Shown: one piece after another, positions 1 through 12,551 of the stretch
How the letters are laid out: every line of letters starts with the position of its first letter
Position numbering within the stretch: the first letter of the stretch is position 1
Assembly: GCF_006345805.1 (NCBI RefSeq)
Contig: NC_043002.1
Span: 39,990,001 to 40,054,000, forward strand
Length of the DNA stretch: 64,000 nucleotides
Origin: Octopus sinensis
Taxonomy: Eukaryota
Direction of reading: 5' to 3'
Notes under the pieces: model-generated
The model's database searches: none
What the model was told of the DNA's origin: nothing
The model's input: the letters and a program-made list of their open reading frames with translations, nothing else
Translations under genes and position numbers: made by a program

Positions 1-158
1 GCACGTAAAAAGCACCCACTACACTCACAAAGTGGTTGGCCTTAGGAAGGGCATCCAGCTGTAGAAACACTACCAGATCAGACTTGAGCCTGGTTCCCAG
101 ACCCCAGTCGAACTGCCCAACCTATGCTAGCATGGAAAACGGTCATTAAATGATGATA
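1..158 (+). mobile_element. 3' end of RTE-type LINE or RTE-tailed element ending in (GAT)n
   Basis: GGTTGGCCTTAGGAAGGGCATCCAGCTGTAGAAAC...GCTAGCATGGAAAACGG...TGATGAT is the reverse complement of the tails at 28000, 36420, 36885 and 53845. The 36885 tail is joined to an RTE ORF C-terminus. Confidence 0.7.
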
Positions 159-191
159 ATTATATATATATATATATATATATAAATATAT

Positions 192-350
192 AGTTGAATT
201 TTACAGAAAAACAAAGCAAAAAGACAAGTGTATGAGCAACAAGCAGATGTATTAGTTTGACACTTAGGAAAGTGAGAAATTCTTTTACGTTTCGAGCCTG
301 TGCTCTTCAACAGAAAGTAGTATGAGAAAATAAACAGAGAAAATAAAAAG
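192..350 (-). mobile_element. Short Penelope-like repeat with hammerhead-like motif
   Basis: Homologous to 24770-24915 and flanked by microsatellites. The minus strand reads CTTT-CTGTTGA-A-GAGC-ACAG-GCTC-GAAA-CG-TA-AAAG. Confidence 0.45.
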
Positions 351-784
351 ATATATATATATATATAGATAGATAGATTGATAGATAGATAGAGAGAGAG
401 AGAGAGAAAAGGAGAGAGAGAGAGAGAAAGGAAAAGAGAGAAAAGGAGAGAGAGAAAAAGGATAAGATAGAGGGAGAGAGAATGTTTATAAATTATCTTA
501 ACATTTTCTGCAATTTATTATATCAATGTGTAAAAATAATTTACGTACACTCTGTATGTGTGTGTGTGTGTGTGTGTTTGCGCATACACGTGTGTATATG
601 TTTGGATGATGATGATGATGAAATATATAGGAACAAATTTTGTTGAGATATACCAAGATACAATACTTGCTAGTAATTTTGCTGGCATAAATGCAGTGAG
701 CCAGTACTTGGCCCATTGAAAACCTGTCATCAACAATACTGTTGTCCATAAATTGCAATATAAAATATATAAAACTAGATGCCA

Positions 785-950
785 GCTTCGCTGTGTGGTT
801 AAGAAGCTTGCTTTTCTATCATGTGGTCTTCGGTTCAATTCCATTGTGGAGTGTTGAGCAAGTGGAGTAATTAAAGCTTTGGGCTCACCAAAGCCTTGTA
901 AATAGATTTGGTAAATGAAAACTGAATGAAACTTATTGTGTGTGCTTGCA

Positions 951-1011
<61 letters not shown>

Positions 1012-1455
1012 GTGTGTTTGTGTATACGCTTGTCAAGACACATGCTAGTTGTAACTGAGTATCATCATCATACTATAGCCCAAGGCCAAACAATGCCTTG
1101 TGTGTGAATTTCATTGATGGAAACAGTGTAGTTCATTGTGTATGTACATGTGTGTGTGTGTGTGCATGTGTACCTGTGTGTGCATGTGTACCTGTGTGTG
1201 TGTGCATGTGTGCATGTGTACCTGTGTGCATGTGTACCTGTGTGTGTGTGCATGTGTGTACATGCATGACTTTGTGTCTGTTTGTCCTCTTACACTAATC
1301 AAGAACCAGTGTTGATTTGTTTACAACTTGGTAACATAAGGGCCACATTTAAAAAAAATAAGTACTTGGGTCGATTTATTTGATTAAAACTCTTCAAAGC
1401 AGTGCCCCAGCATGACCACAGTCAAACGCTTGAAACAAGTAAGTGATAAGAGATA
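785..1455 (+). mobile_element. tRNA/CORE-type SINE(s) with internal (TG)n microsatellites
   Basis: Head GCTGTGTGGTTAAGAAGCTTGCTT...GGTTCAATTCC; body GACCAAAGCCTTGT...GATTTGGTA; tail GTGCCCCAGCATGACCACAGTC...GAAACAAGTAA. The family recurs throughout the window. Confidence 0.65.
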
Positions 1456-1906
1456 AACTATAACATTTGAGACTATTGCATGTGATGTGTTCATCCTTTG
1501 CAAGGAAGTTTGACTACTATTTCTATAGATAAACACACAGAAGCTCCCTTGTTGATCTGGTCAATATTTATTGGTTATTTTGTTATATATTCCCAAGGGT
1601 ACCTATGAAAGCATTTAGTCATCCTTCAGTGTTATGTTCCAAACTCCACTGCAATAGGTGGAAATCCGGGAAGTAGAAACAGTAGTGTACTGTATATATT
1701 TGTTTTTTGTTATTTTTATAATTTGTATATATTCATTTTATTATAAATGCAAACCAACACCATGGAGGAATTGGTGTAAGCTTAAATAATAAACCACAAT
1801 AGGTGAACTGCTATATGGCAAGGGATTACTATATATCTTGGACGACAGGACTAGCAAAGGTACAGAGATAAACTCACTCATTTAGTCAATATTTATTGGT
1901 ATATAG

Positions 1907-2050
1907 GGTAATGAGCTGGCAGAATTGTAAACACATCAGACAAAATGCTTAGCGACATTTTGTCCATCTTTATATTCTGATTTCAAATTCTGCCATGGTC
2001 GACTTTGCCTTTCATCCTTTCAGGGTCGATAAAATCAGTACAAGTTGAGT
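1907..2050 (+). mobile_element. SINE with Meta/MESC-like central domain (partial)
   Basis: GAGCTGGCAGAA...GTCGACTTTGCCTTTCATCCTTTCAGGGTCGATAAAATCAGTAC, the same family as 15088 and 59465-60133. Confidence 0.65.
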
Positions 2051-2204
2051 ATCATGATTGATTATGGGTGCCATTTACAAAGCACTGGTGACAGCCCAAC
2101 TCCAATTTCACAGGAGCCATTTATATGGTATTTGTATGGCCACAACAATGATTTCACTTGGTCTGACAAGCCTTCTCACTCACAGTATATCACCAAAGGT
2201 TTCA

Positions 2205-2370
2205 GTCACTTGTCATCACCTCCGTGAGGCACAACATTTGAAGATCATGCTTCACTACCTTGTCCCATGTCTTCCTGGGTCTACCTCTTCCACAGGTTTC
2301 CTCCACAGTTAGAAATTGGCACTTCTTTACACAGCTGTCCTCATCCACACACTTCACATGACCATACCAT
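2205..2370 (-). mobile_element. RTE LINE ORF C-terminal fragment
   Basis: Minus translation WYGHVKCVDEDSCVKKC...GRGRPRKTWDKVVKHDL matches the RTE W(F/Y)GHV...GRPRKTW motif. Confidence 0.7.
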
Positions 2371-3790
2371 ATATCAATGACACTGAGAATAGAACTTCTA
2401 GGACAATGCTCTTATACAAGAGTATAGTAGATTTTTCTACTTTAATATTATATATACAAATGATTAAATTTCTATGTAGATAACAACAATCCTATAATAA
2501 TGAGGCTTCAATTGAGAGCTTAATTAAAATATGCTGACGTTAATGAAGCAACTTCAGATAACTTGGTAAAATAGGACCAGGGATGGTCTTAGGATGTTTA
2601 ATTTCATCAAAAGAGTTAAGAACATCTGAGATGATAATTTTCATTTAATGCATGATCTAAATTTATTGTTGATTACTCTTGTATATTTTTATAATTTTAC
2701 ACCACTCCTGCAAGTAAGTGCACCAGGCAGCCGAAAACAAAACAAAATATCATGGGAAAAAATGACACTATGTACAAATAAACAGTATACTCCAAAAAAC
2801 AGCACATGTGTTCAACTAAATATATAATAGAAACAAGCCATTCAACAAAATTGTTCCTGACTCCTGTGGTAACCACAGAGGTAACTGCATGCAACTCAGA
2901 TGGCCCCCATCTTTGCACCCATCCCCTACACACACCCATAAGTCCTTAACACTTTGGAGCTGCTGGTTGGTCTCGTCCTTTGACGTTTCCCTTGATGCAG
3001 CAATCCAGAGGGTTCAAATTAGGAGAACTAGGTCGTCATATGTTGTAGGGTCATGTAAGAATTCTCAATCAATTACATAGGGGTCACCTATGAGAGAGCA
3101 GAGTCCTGCAAGAATACTTACCCTTCCACCCTCAGCTATGCACTTGATCCAGAACTTGACCACAATATTCAAGATCTCAATGCAGTGAACCTTAGGCCCT
3201 ACAGGAAGAAATGAGGTAGTTTGACATGGCCCTCATTGTTCACATTTTCCAGGACTGTCAGAGATGATAGGAACTTGCTGACTCTTATTATAGGCTACCA
3301 ATGTGCCTTACAGATCCATCCATCATTTCTCCTTCCTTCTATTTCTGAACATAGTTTTCATCAGTAAGAACCAGAGCACGATGGCTTTCTTCAGATATAT
3401 AGAAGATCCTTTGAATTGCAGGTACAACTCATTTTTGCCAACTGAGTGGACTGGAGCAAGAGAAGTAAAGTGTCTTGCTCAAGAGTATATTTCATCACCA
3501 GGAATTGAACGCATGACCTTCTGATCATGAGCCAAATACCCTTGCCACTAAGCCATACACCTTCTCATACACATACATACTTGTGTGTGTGTGTGTATCT
3601 GTTATTCTGCCTCCACAACATTTTGAGTTCTTCAGTTAGTATATGGTTTGCCTTGTCAAAATATACAACTCAAACTAGCTATTGTTTTTGATTTTGTGGA
3701 AAATGGCATAGCTCTTGTTCCCCCACCCATGTCAATCCTGATGATACAGACCTATAATCAAGGGCATTATGAGGGAGATTTGTCCACTAT

Positions 3791-3879
<89 letters not shown>

Positions 3880-4535
3880 CATGGAAGATGGACATTAAAT
3901 GATGATGATGATATATATATAAGGTATGAATATGAGATTTTGTCTGGCTCCAATACTTCTTGTGTTTTGAATTAGTTTTTAGACTTCTTTCTTGCTTTTT
4001 GGGTGTGTCATGGCAGGTAGGGAAGAACTGGCTGCTATTTAATGCATGTTAAAGACCCCCAAGACACTCCCTAGTTGGCATCGGCTTGATTTTAAGGCAT
4101 TTGTCATTAAGAGTGAGCCAGAGAGGTATTTCCTGATCAATATTAAGAAGTTACACTGTTTACTTTGTAATGCTTGACTCCGTGTTTACACAGAATTAGA
4201 AGGTTGGACTAGATGGTGCTTCATTTTGGTTTTTGTCTTTCCTCCTCTCCCATATACTTTGCGTGATTCATATTTTGGAAGATACTTGATATTTTCGTTC
4301 CATTCTCTGTGTCAATCTCTCCATGCATCACTGCAGGATAAAGTAACAGAGAGGAATGTGTCTCTTATGAGAACACACACGAGAAACATGTTTTGTTTCT
4401 TTTGCAGTTAATTTTATAAACATACACAAGCACGCGCATATGCAAACGCACGCATGTGCACACACACACACACACACACACAATTTGAAAAACCTCATTA
4501 AGCACACTGCTATCTTACTTTCTCTACTCTCTTCT

Positions 4536-4567
<32 letters not shown>

Positions 4568-4630
4568 CATGTATACATACATATATATATATATATGTAT
4601 ATGTACATATAAATGGCTACATACATACAT

Positions 4631-4665
<35 letters not shown>

Positions 4666-4728
4666 TATATAGATATAGATATAGATATAGATATATATAC
4701 ATACATACATATACATGTATATACATAT

Positions 4729-5424
4729 ATCACTGCAGAGATGCTTAAAATACCTGGTGGTTTCGGCTATAGTCTAGTCACCTATATAGTCAACCAGGTG
4801 ATACATGAAGGAGTCATACCCAGTGACTGGTGTAACAGCACCATAGTCAACTGCTACAAAGGTAAAGGTGACACATTAGACAGAAATAAATACAGAGGTA
4901 TCAAGTTGTTAGATCAGGTAATGAAAGTCACCGAGAGGGTCATAGCCCAACTACTTAGGGAGAGAGTCAGTCTAGATGAGATGCAGTTTGGGTTTGTGTC
5001 ATGGAAAAGCACCACTGATGCTATATTTCTAGTAAGACAGCTGCAGAAGAAATACCTAGCCAAAGATAAACCTCTGTACCTGGCTTTCATTGACATAGAT
5101 AAAGCCTTTGACAGGGTCCTCCAATCCCTTATCTGGTGGTCAATGAGGAAACTAGGGATAGATGAATGGTTAGTGAGAGCTGTGCAAGCCATGTACAGGG
5201 ATGCTGTTAATAAGGTGAGGGTTGGCAACAAGTGCAGTGAGGAATTCCGGGTGGGGGTAGCGGTCCAGCAAGGATCAATCCTCAGCCCCCTCTTATTCAT
5301 CAGAATCTTCCAGGCAATAACAGAGGAATTCAAGACAGGATGCCTCTGGGAGCTTCTCTTTGCTGATGACCTTGCTCTAATTGCTGGGTCACTATCAGAA
5401 CTAGAGGAGAAGTTTCAGGCTTAA
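4729..5424 (+). mobile_element. RTE-clade LINE reverse transcriptase fragment
   Basis: ORF contains IPSDW, YKGKGD...KYRGIKLL, QFGF...STTDAIF, AFIDIDKAFDRV, QQGSILSPLLF and LFADDLAL (non-LTR RT domains). The microsatellite-derived N-terminus of the listed ORF is spurious. Confidence 0.9.
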
Positions 5425-5582
5425 AAAAAGTTCCCGAGCTGATTTGTTCAAATGAAATTCTGCAAAGCGGTGCCCCAGCATGGCCATGGCAACAGCCTAA
5501 TGACTAGAACAAGTAAAAGATAGAAAATAATATATATATATATATATATGTGTGTATGTATATATATATATATATATATATA

Positions 5583-6842
5583 CGAGGGGCGTTCAATAAG
5601 TAATGCCTCTGACCCACTTGTGCAATCATTTATATCTCTATAGAGTAAGTGGCAAATTACAGCTCTGAATTAATTGTGGTTTCTGATTTACAGGTGTTTG
5701 AACCGAGTCAAATGTGAAATGGAGCCTGTTGAGTGTCGAGCAGTGATCCGGTTTTTGTATTTGAAAGGACGCACACCACGGGAGACTTTTGATGAAATGA
5801 AAGTAACTTATGGTGATGATGCCCCATCATATGACCTTGTAAAACGCTGGCATCGTGAATTCAAACATGGTCGGAACTCTGTGGAAACAGCTCCCAGATC
5901 TGGTCGCCCCCTTCTGCCATTGATGAGGCATCTGTCCGTCAAGTTGAGGCTGCCATTTTGGAAGATCGACGCATAATTATTCGCCAAATAGCCCATGAGG
6001 TCAAGATTAGTACCGGGTCTGTGGAAACTATCATTCATGACCATTTGCATATGCAAAAGGTGTCTGCCAGATGGATTCTCAGGTTGCTCACACCTTTCCA
6101 GAAGCAAGAACGCGTCGAGTGCTTGAGGGTGAATTTGGAGATGTGCCAAGAAGATGAGTCAAAATTTTTCAAAAGACTGATTACACAGGATGAAACCTGG
6201 GTCCATCACGATGATCCAGAGACCAAAGCCCAGTCAATGCAGTGGAAGCACCATGACTCACCCCCTCCAAAGAAGGCAAGGGTGCAGCCCTCCGCTGGCA
6301 ACATCATGCTCACAGTCTTCTGGGACCAGGACGGAGTAGTGATGACAGATTTCTTGGCAAAGGGTACCACAATTGCAGGAGCCTATTATGCTTCACTTTT
6401 GAGGAAATTAAAAGAAGTTATCAAAATCAAGAGGCGGGGCAAGATCAGCAAAGGCATCCTCCTCCTGCAGGACAACGCTCCGGTCCACAACTCGCTTGTC
6501 GCCAGATCAGAAGCACAGGCGTATGGCTATGAACTCCTCCCCATCCCCCCTACTTTCCTGATCTTGAACCCTCTGATTTTCACCTCTTCCCAATCATGAA
6601 GTTGTTTTTGAAAGGAAAGTGTTTCCCAGATGATGCAACCTTGATTTCTGAAGTCACGTTGAGGTTGGAGGACCAAGCTGCGTTCTTCTACAAAAACGGT
6701 CCCCAGAGCTGCATCAAATGATGGGAGAAATGCGTAACTCTGGGGGGTTCCTATGTAGAAAAAGACTAATAACTGTGCCAAGTTTCGTTGCTCTACTGCT
6801 ATGGGAAGTGGGTCAGGGGCATTACTTATTGAACGCCCCTCG
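5583..6842 (+). mobile_element. Full-length mariner (DD34D) DNA transposon, 1260 bp
   Basis: 37-bp TIRs CGAGGGGCGTTCAATAAGTAATGCCTCTGACCCACTT at 5583-5619 and 6806-6842 (1 mismatch). TA target duplication within a (TA)n tract. Internal transposase. Confidence 0.95.
5719..6769 (+). pseudogene. mariner transposase (~350 aa once repaired; 2 frameshifts, 1 late stop)
   Basis: MEPVECRAVIRFL...PRSGRP, ARWILRLLT (WVPREL-like), ITQDETW, LLLQDNAPVH, and PYFPDLEPSDFHLF (YSPDLAPSD-like). There are 34 residues between the 2nd and 3rd catalytic D. Confidence 0.9.
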
Positions 6843-6915
6843 TATATATATACATATATATTATATTATATAGATATATATTTTATACACACACACACAC
6901 ACACATATATATATG

Positions 6916-6950
<35 letters not shown>

Positions 6951-6977
6951 TGTGTGTGTGTGTATAAATGATATATC

Positions 6978-7010
<33 letters not shown>

Positions 7011-7774
7011 TATATATATATGCATATATGGGTACAAGATGTCACTAGCAGTGCAAATAACATGAAATGCGTAAACAAATGATGGAAAAAACAAATGAAA
7101 TATGCAAACAACGAGAAACAAAATGGGAAACACGACAAGTAAATGCAGACAAAGGACCCTTCATCAGTTGTCGGCTGTCTATATATTCCTCATTTCAAGC
7201 ATTCAACAACATATATATATATAATATATATATATATAATATATATATATATGTATATATAAAATACAAAATGGGACGTATGTATATATATAAGTGTTTG
7301 CTTTTATGTGGAATTATATATGTAAACAATTTAACATTAAACTGTATTAAAGGATTACTCAGTACTTTTCTGTTGAGTCTGTGTTTATTAATTTTTACTA
7401 GAAGATAACTGACAGAGACTTTGAAGTTTTGACTATCCAGCTGTCATCAGATTCATCAACTTCTGATGCCCAGTAAACCAAAACTTCAATCTGCTGTCAA
7501 TCATTCTCTTTTTAAAAATTGTGTGTGTGTGTGTGTGTTTGGCGAAGGTAAAGCCATTTCTGTTTTTTTTTTTTGTTTTTGTTTTTAAAAACTAACAAAA
7601 GGCTGCACTCATCTACCTTGCCAATTTGTTTTGTGGGTTCCTCATCACAGGGACATGGTATGGTAAGTTTACTCTCAAAGTTTAAGCCTACAGTTTAAGC
7701 CACTGTAATAAGCCACTGTAATACTGAAACTACACAACAGTTTAAGCCACTGTAATACTGAAACTACACAACAA

Positions 7775-7823
7775 TAGGGATGGATTCAGAGGGGGTGATA
7801 TGGAGATGCACCCCACCACCACC

Positions 7824-7869
<46 letters not shown>

Positions 7870-8098
7870 GCAGCAGCAGCAGCAGCCAAGAAACATTTTT
7901 CAAATTTGACTGTTTTGTTTAGATATGTATGATGGAAAGCATATTTTTGTACCAACAACAAACAATCTTTGAAGGGTTCAATATAAAGATTAATTTTTTC
8001 AGTATCTCTAAACATATTACACTGTCATTTCATTGATAAATTGCAATGAATCAGACCTCAGATCTACCCTGCACCAGAAATTTCTGGATCCACTCCTG
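7775..8098. mobile_element. Degenerate hAT-like MITE containing (CAC)/(AAC)/(CAG) microsatellite
   Basis: Ends TAGGGATGGATTCAG and CTGGATCCACTCCTG form an imperfect TIR. The flanks CACAACAA and CACTACGA resemble a decayed 8-bp TSD. Confidence 0.4.
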
Positions 8099-8736
8099 CA
8101 CTACGATACTCCATTTCGACTATTCACTAGTTCAGCCCAGCAGTGATTTTTATCTTCATGTATTTCACCAGGAAGGTTCTTAGCCAATAGTGTCTCAGTT
8201 CATGCAAGTGGACGGGGCTACAGCTGGTGCAGTATTTCAAGATTTTGGTAGTATTGGACGTAGACTTATACAGTACTTTTCTTGTCCCAGACAAAGGAAA
8301 AACTAAACTCCACAATAGGAAAATTATTGTGAGAAATATGGAATAACATTTTATTGCACAGTTACTCTTTGTAAAAATACCACATGAACATGATATCCTA
8401 AATAGAACAAAATAAAAATAAAATAAAGATTACAGTAAAACCTACACAATAAAAAAAAACATTTTAATCATAAAATCCTGAAAAATATAGTACCACAAAA
8501 ACATCATGTCCCAATTAGAACAAAATAAAAACAGAACAGAATAAAATCTGCACAGTTGAAATATTAAAAATAAGAAAACATATCTTAATCTTCAAATCCT
8601 GAAAATATTTTATATTTTTACCATTTGTAAAAATTTCACACAGACATGACAAAACAAACGGTTACAATTAAGTTACAATGGAAAAAGATTAAAAAGTATG
8701 CAAACATTAAACATACGAGTATAAGGAAAATATTTC

Positions 8737-9983
8737 ACTCTTCAAATCCTGAAAACTGACTGCAGTCACCCATAGCCCCAAAACCAGAAAAATCATTAGG
8801 GTTATCAGTACTGTCTGAAGCATCACTATCTTCAAACAGAATGTCCATCTCCTGTGCCATTTAATGCATTACTGATGTCACATTTTTTAAAAGATTTTAC
8901 TATTACTTCAATTTTCACAGTGTTCCATAATTTCAGGATCCACTCGCACACCTGAGCAATTGTTGGCTTTTTCAAATGACCTGTTGGTGTTAGGTCATGG
9001 TCCTTGGCTTTCATCCACTGATTCTACTCTTCTTTAATTATTGCCTTAAAAGGCTTGTTGATTGATACATCCAGTGGTTGTAATTGGCTTGCTAAACCAC
9101 TAGGAATCACTGCCATTTTCGTTTTCAATTTCTGCACCCTTTCTTTTGGTTCCACACAAGAAAGGATGTTTTTTTTTAAGGAGGCCACCAGAATGCCTTG
9201 ACCAGACCTTATCTAGCCATAACTTCACCCCCTCTTCATCCATCTGCCCCTTTAGGTAAACATGAACAAAAATTCCACATGGAATTTTGTCTTTTGGTAA
9301 AGTTTTCCTCTTGAAAATTGGCAGCGGTGGCAGTTTTGTTCCATCTGCACAACACATTATACTGCAGTATAATGGGTTTTCTCATGTCCAGATATCTTTA
9401 CACTTAAGGTTTTGGACCCTTTAAAATCCTTTGTTCTATTTGATACCATATCAAACGTTAGTGACACTTCATCCATGTTTCTGATCAAACCTAGTTCGTA
9501 GTCAATCTTTTTCCTTGCACTGACTATGAACCTGTGAAATTCGATTATTCTGTTATAATCTTCAAGCAGTTTTTGTGCTATTCTTGTTTACATTCCTATT
9601 GACAGTCCGTGTCCCTTTATAAATCTATAACACCAGCTTGATGTGCCACAAAAATCATCCAGACTTCTTGCTGCTGCCCTCACTTTTGATTCATTGATTA
9701 TCATTTTTATTGATACTGCAAAACCCGAATTTCTCTCTGCAACTATCCACTCCATCTTTTGCTCCAGTTCTGGCCACTTAGCTGCAGTCTGATGCAGGTT
9801 ACATTTAAGTCTTGGTGCAGGCTTCAACAGGTCCTCTTGTTTCTTCCAGTAGTGAATCATTTTCTCATTTAATGGTGCTCTAAAATGCCTCTCTGCAGCC
9901 CTGTTGTCATGCTGTTTGGCATATTCAATCATTTATAGATTGTAGCCGATTGTGTAAGTGTATTTTCTGCTTGAGATTACCAT
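8737..9983 (-). pseudogene. Decayed pogo/Tigger-type transposase (Brinker-like DBD + CENP-B HTH + DDE_1)
   Basis: Successive minus-strand fragments: MVISSRKYTYTIGYNL*MIEYAKQHDNRAAERHF, KWPELE...SSWCYRF, CCADGTKLPPLPIFKRK, QPLDVSINKPFK, and IVKSFKKCDISNALNG. Multiple stops and frameshifts. Confidence 0.85.
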
Positions 9984-10015
9984 AATAACAGTTGCGTTAA
10001 AAATTTTAAGTAAGT

Positions 10016-10527
10016 CAGAGGTTTATCTTTGGCTAGGTATTTCTCCTGCAGCTGTCTTACCAGAAATATAGCATCAGTGGTGCTTTTCCCTGGTACGAAA
10101 CCAAACTGCATCTCATTTAAACTGACTCTCTCCATAATTAGTTGGGCTATGACCCTCTCCTTGACCTTCATTACCTGATCCAACAACTTGATATCTCTGT
10201 AATTATTTGTATCTAAAGTGTCACCTTTACCTTTGTAGCAGTTGACTATAGTGCTGCTACACCAGTCATTGGGTATGACTCCTTTGTGTATCACCTGGTT
10301 GACTATACAGGTGATTAGGCTATAGCCGACACTACCAGATATTTAGAGCATCTCTGCAGTGATTCCTGATGGGCTGGGGGCTTTCCCTATCTTCATACTC
10401 TTAATTGCTTTATCTGCTAAGGTACTGTCAACTCGGATAGCTGGTCCCACTGTTGGATCAACATTCAGCAGACTCTCTTTCTCCCATTCATTTTCTTTAT
10501 TGAGCAACCTTTCATAGTGGCATCTCA
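10016..10527 (-). mobile_element. RTE LINE RT fragment abutting the 5' end of the pogo element
   Basis: HYERLLNKENEW...MKIGKAPSPSGITAEML, IPNDW...YKGKGD...QFGFVPGKSTTDAIFLVRQLQEKY. Same family as 4729-5424 in the opposite orientation. Confidence 0.9.
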
Positions 10528-10544
10528 TATATATAACGAATATA

Positions 10545-10580
<36 letters not shown>

Positions 10581-11088
10581 TTTATATACACATAAATACT
10601 CACACACATATATGTGTGTGTGTATGTTTATGGATGTAGGCAAGAATAGAAGTATGATAGCACTAGCTAGTGGAGTGGAACGTGTGTGTGTGTGTGTGTG
10701 TGCGTATGAGAGATAGTGTTTATAACCAGACACTCTTCTTGTAGCCAGTCCACTTAGTAACCATTTATAATGCACAGAAACACACATTTTATTTATTCTT
10801 AAACCAGGATCCACCTCATCATCATCATCATCGGTGTCATTGGTGTTGTCAGCATCAGTGACAGCGGCATCATCATCGTCATTGTCATCATCGTCGATAT
10901 CACCAATTAACAACCATGTTCCAAGCTGGTATGGGTTGAATGTTTTGACAGGATCCAGTGTATCCAAGGACTGCATCATGCACCAATGTCTGTTTTGGTA
11001 TCGTTTCTATGGCTGGATACCCTTCCTAACACCAACATCGTACGATTATAAAATTCAATATTAACATACGAACATATATACAGACATG

Positions 11089-11120
<32 letters not shown>

Positions 11121-12116
11121 TGCACACACTCACACATATGCATATACATACACACAGAAACATACACATTCACACACACACTCACACACCTACACACATA
11201 CATAATACATACAGATGAAATATGATACTAAGTTCAAGTTCCACCCAACTCTCTGAAGAAAATGTTTTATTTTTATCTTTAAAGAAACAATAGCCACAGC
11301 ATACTCTGCCCACCATCAACTCACGCATTTTCTCTAAAAGGAATAAAGTATTCATTTCTAGCTCCATCCCCCAATGGTTGACATTTCAGTTCTTTTTATT
11401 TCTTTTTTTTTTTGCTTTATTTTTATTTATTTTATTTTTTGCCCCAGATATGAAAAGAAATATGTTCCTCTCAAAAAGTTGGTTTCATATAACAAAGGTT
11501 TTCTCCCTTTCTATTTTTTTGGGTTTTGTTTTTTTTTCTTGGAAGTGGGATGTATTAAGACAAGCAAGAAAACTAAATTTCATAATTTACACTATTTAGA
11601 TATTATCAGCTTATTCTGGCAAAATATTTTAGGATTGGGTAGACATCTCTATGAAAATAATATGTGAGCTAAATTCCCAGTGGTTTTAAATTAGAGCAGC
11701 GTAATTTAAAAGTCAATGAGAGGAATATTGGTTTGAAGGAAAGAAATTCTAGGAGGTACTGCAATAGATATTTCGCTTAAAGCTATATGCTCTGAGTGTT
11801 GAAGTAAATTCTCTTATTCTTTTACTGGTCTCAGTCATTGGACTGCAGGTCATCCTGAGGCTGTGCTTTCAAGGGATTAAGTCACTAACATTAACCCCAG
11901 TGTTTATTTTTAAGTTTGATGCTTGTGTTTTATGAATCTCTTTCTTTCTTTTTTGAATCTCTAAGCTGTGGGATGCAAGCAAAAAAGCATAAACAAAGGT
12001 GCACACACACGCGTGTGCGCACACACTTATACACACATCATGCAAGCATGCAACATATATACATTATACAAGCATACAACATACACACATATATACATGT
12101 ATACATACATATATAT

Positions 12117-12551
12117 TGGAAGGCAAGGTTTACGATATCGAGAGAATATCTCCTTCTCCCATTATATCTTGTTCTTCGAATAGTTCAGGCTCTGGCAGGC
12201 GAAGAAAGAAGTCTTTAAGTACAAATGCAATTTACAACTGGTTTATTTACAAGTTTCACAGAACAGGTGAAGTGTATTGCTCTCAGCAACCATCTCAAGC
12301 TGTGTGCATTGTGTTGTATCTCCATTAGTGGGGGCACATTGCCACTGGAGGTACAAAATGCAGACAGTGAAGTGTGCTCAGCAAGCGCTGCTGCAAAGAA
12401 GCGGAGAGAGAGAATGAATCTGTTTCTGTTTTGCCCTTATATACAGTTTGCCATCGCAAGCCTCGTTGTGATCTCACGCATGGCAAATGGATGCAGGTGG
12501 GGTCTCGCTCCAGTCTTGGAGATGGCATTGGCTGCTGCGAGATCTTATCCA
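12117..12551 (-). mobile_element. Solo LTR (Gypsy-like), 435 bp
   Basis: Starts TGGAAG and ends CTTATCCA (TG...CA with a short inverted end). ATAT on both flanks gives a 4-bp TSD. On the minus strand TATATAAG (~12440) is followed ~195 nt later by AATAAA (~12245). It is a non-microsatellite, CpG-retaining island. Confidence 0.7.

Noticed and set aside
5719-9983. Host genes such as SETMAR or POGK
   Set aside because: No SET or KRAB domain. The mariner has TIRs and a TSD, and the pogo frame is full of stops, so both are transposon copies.
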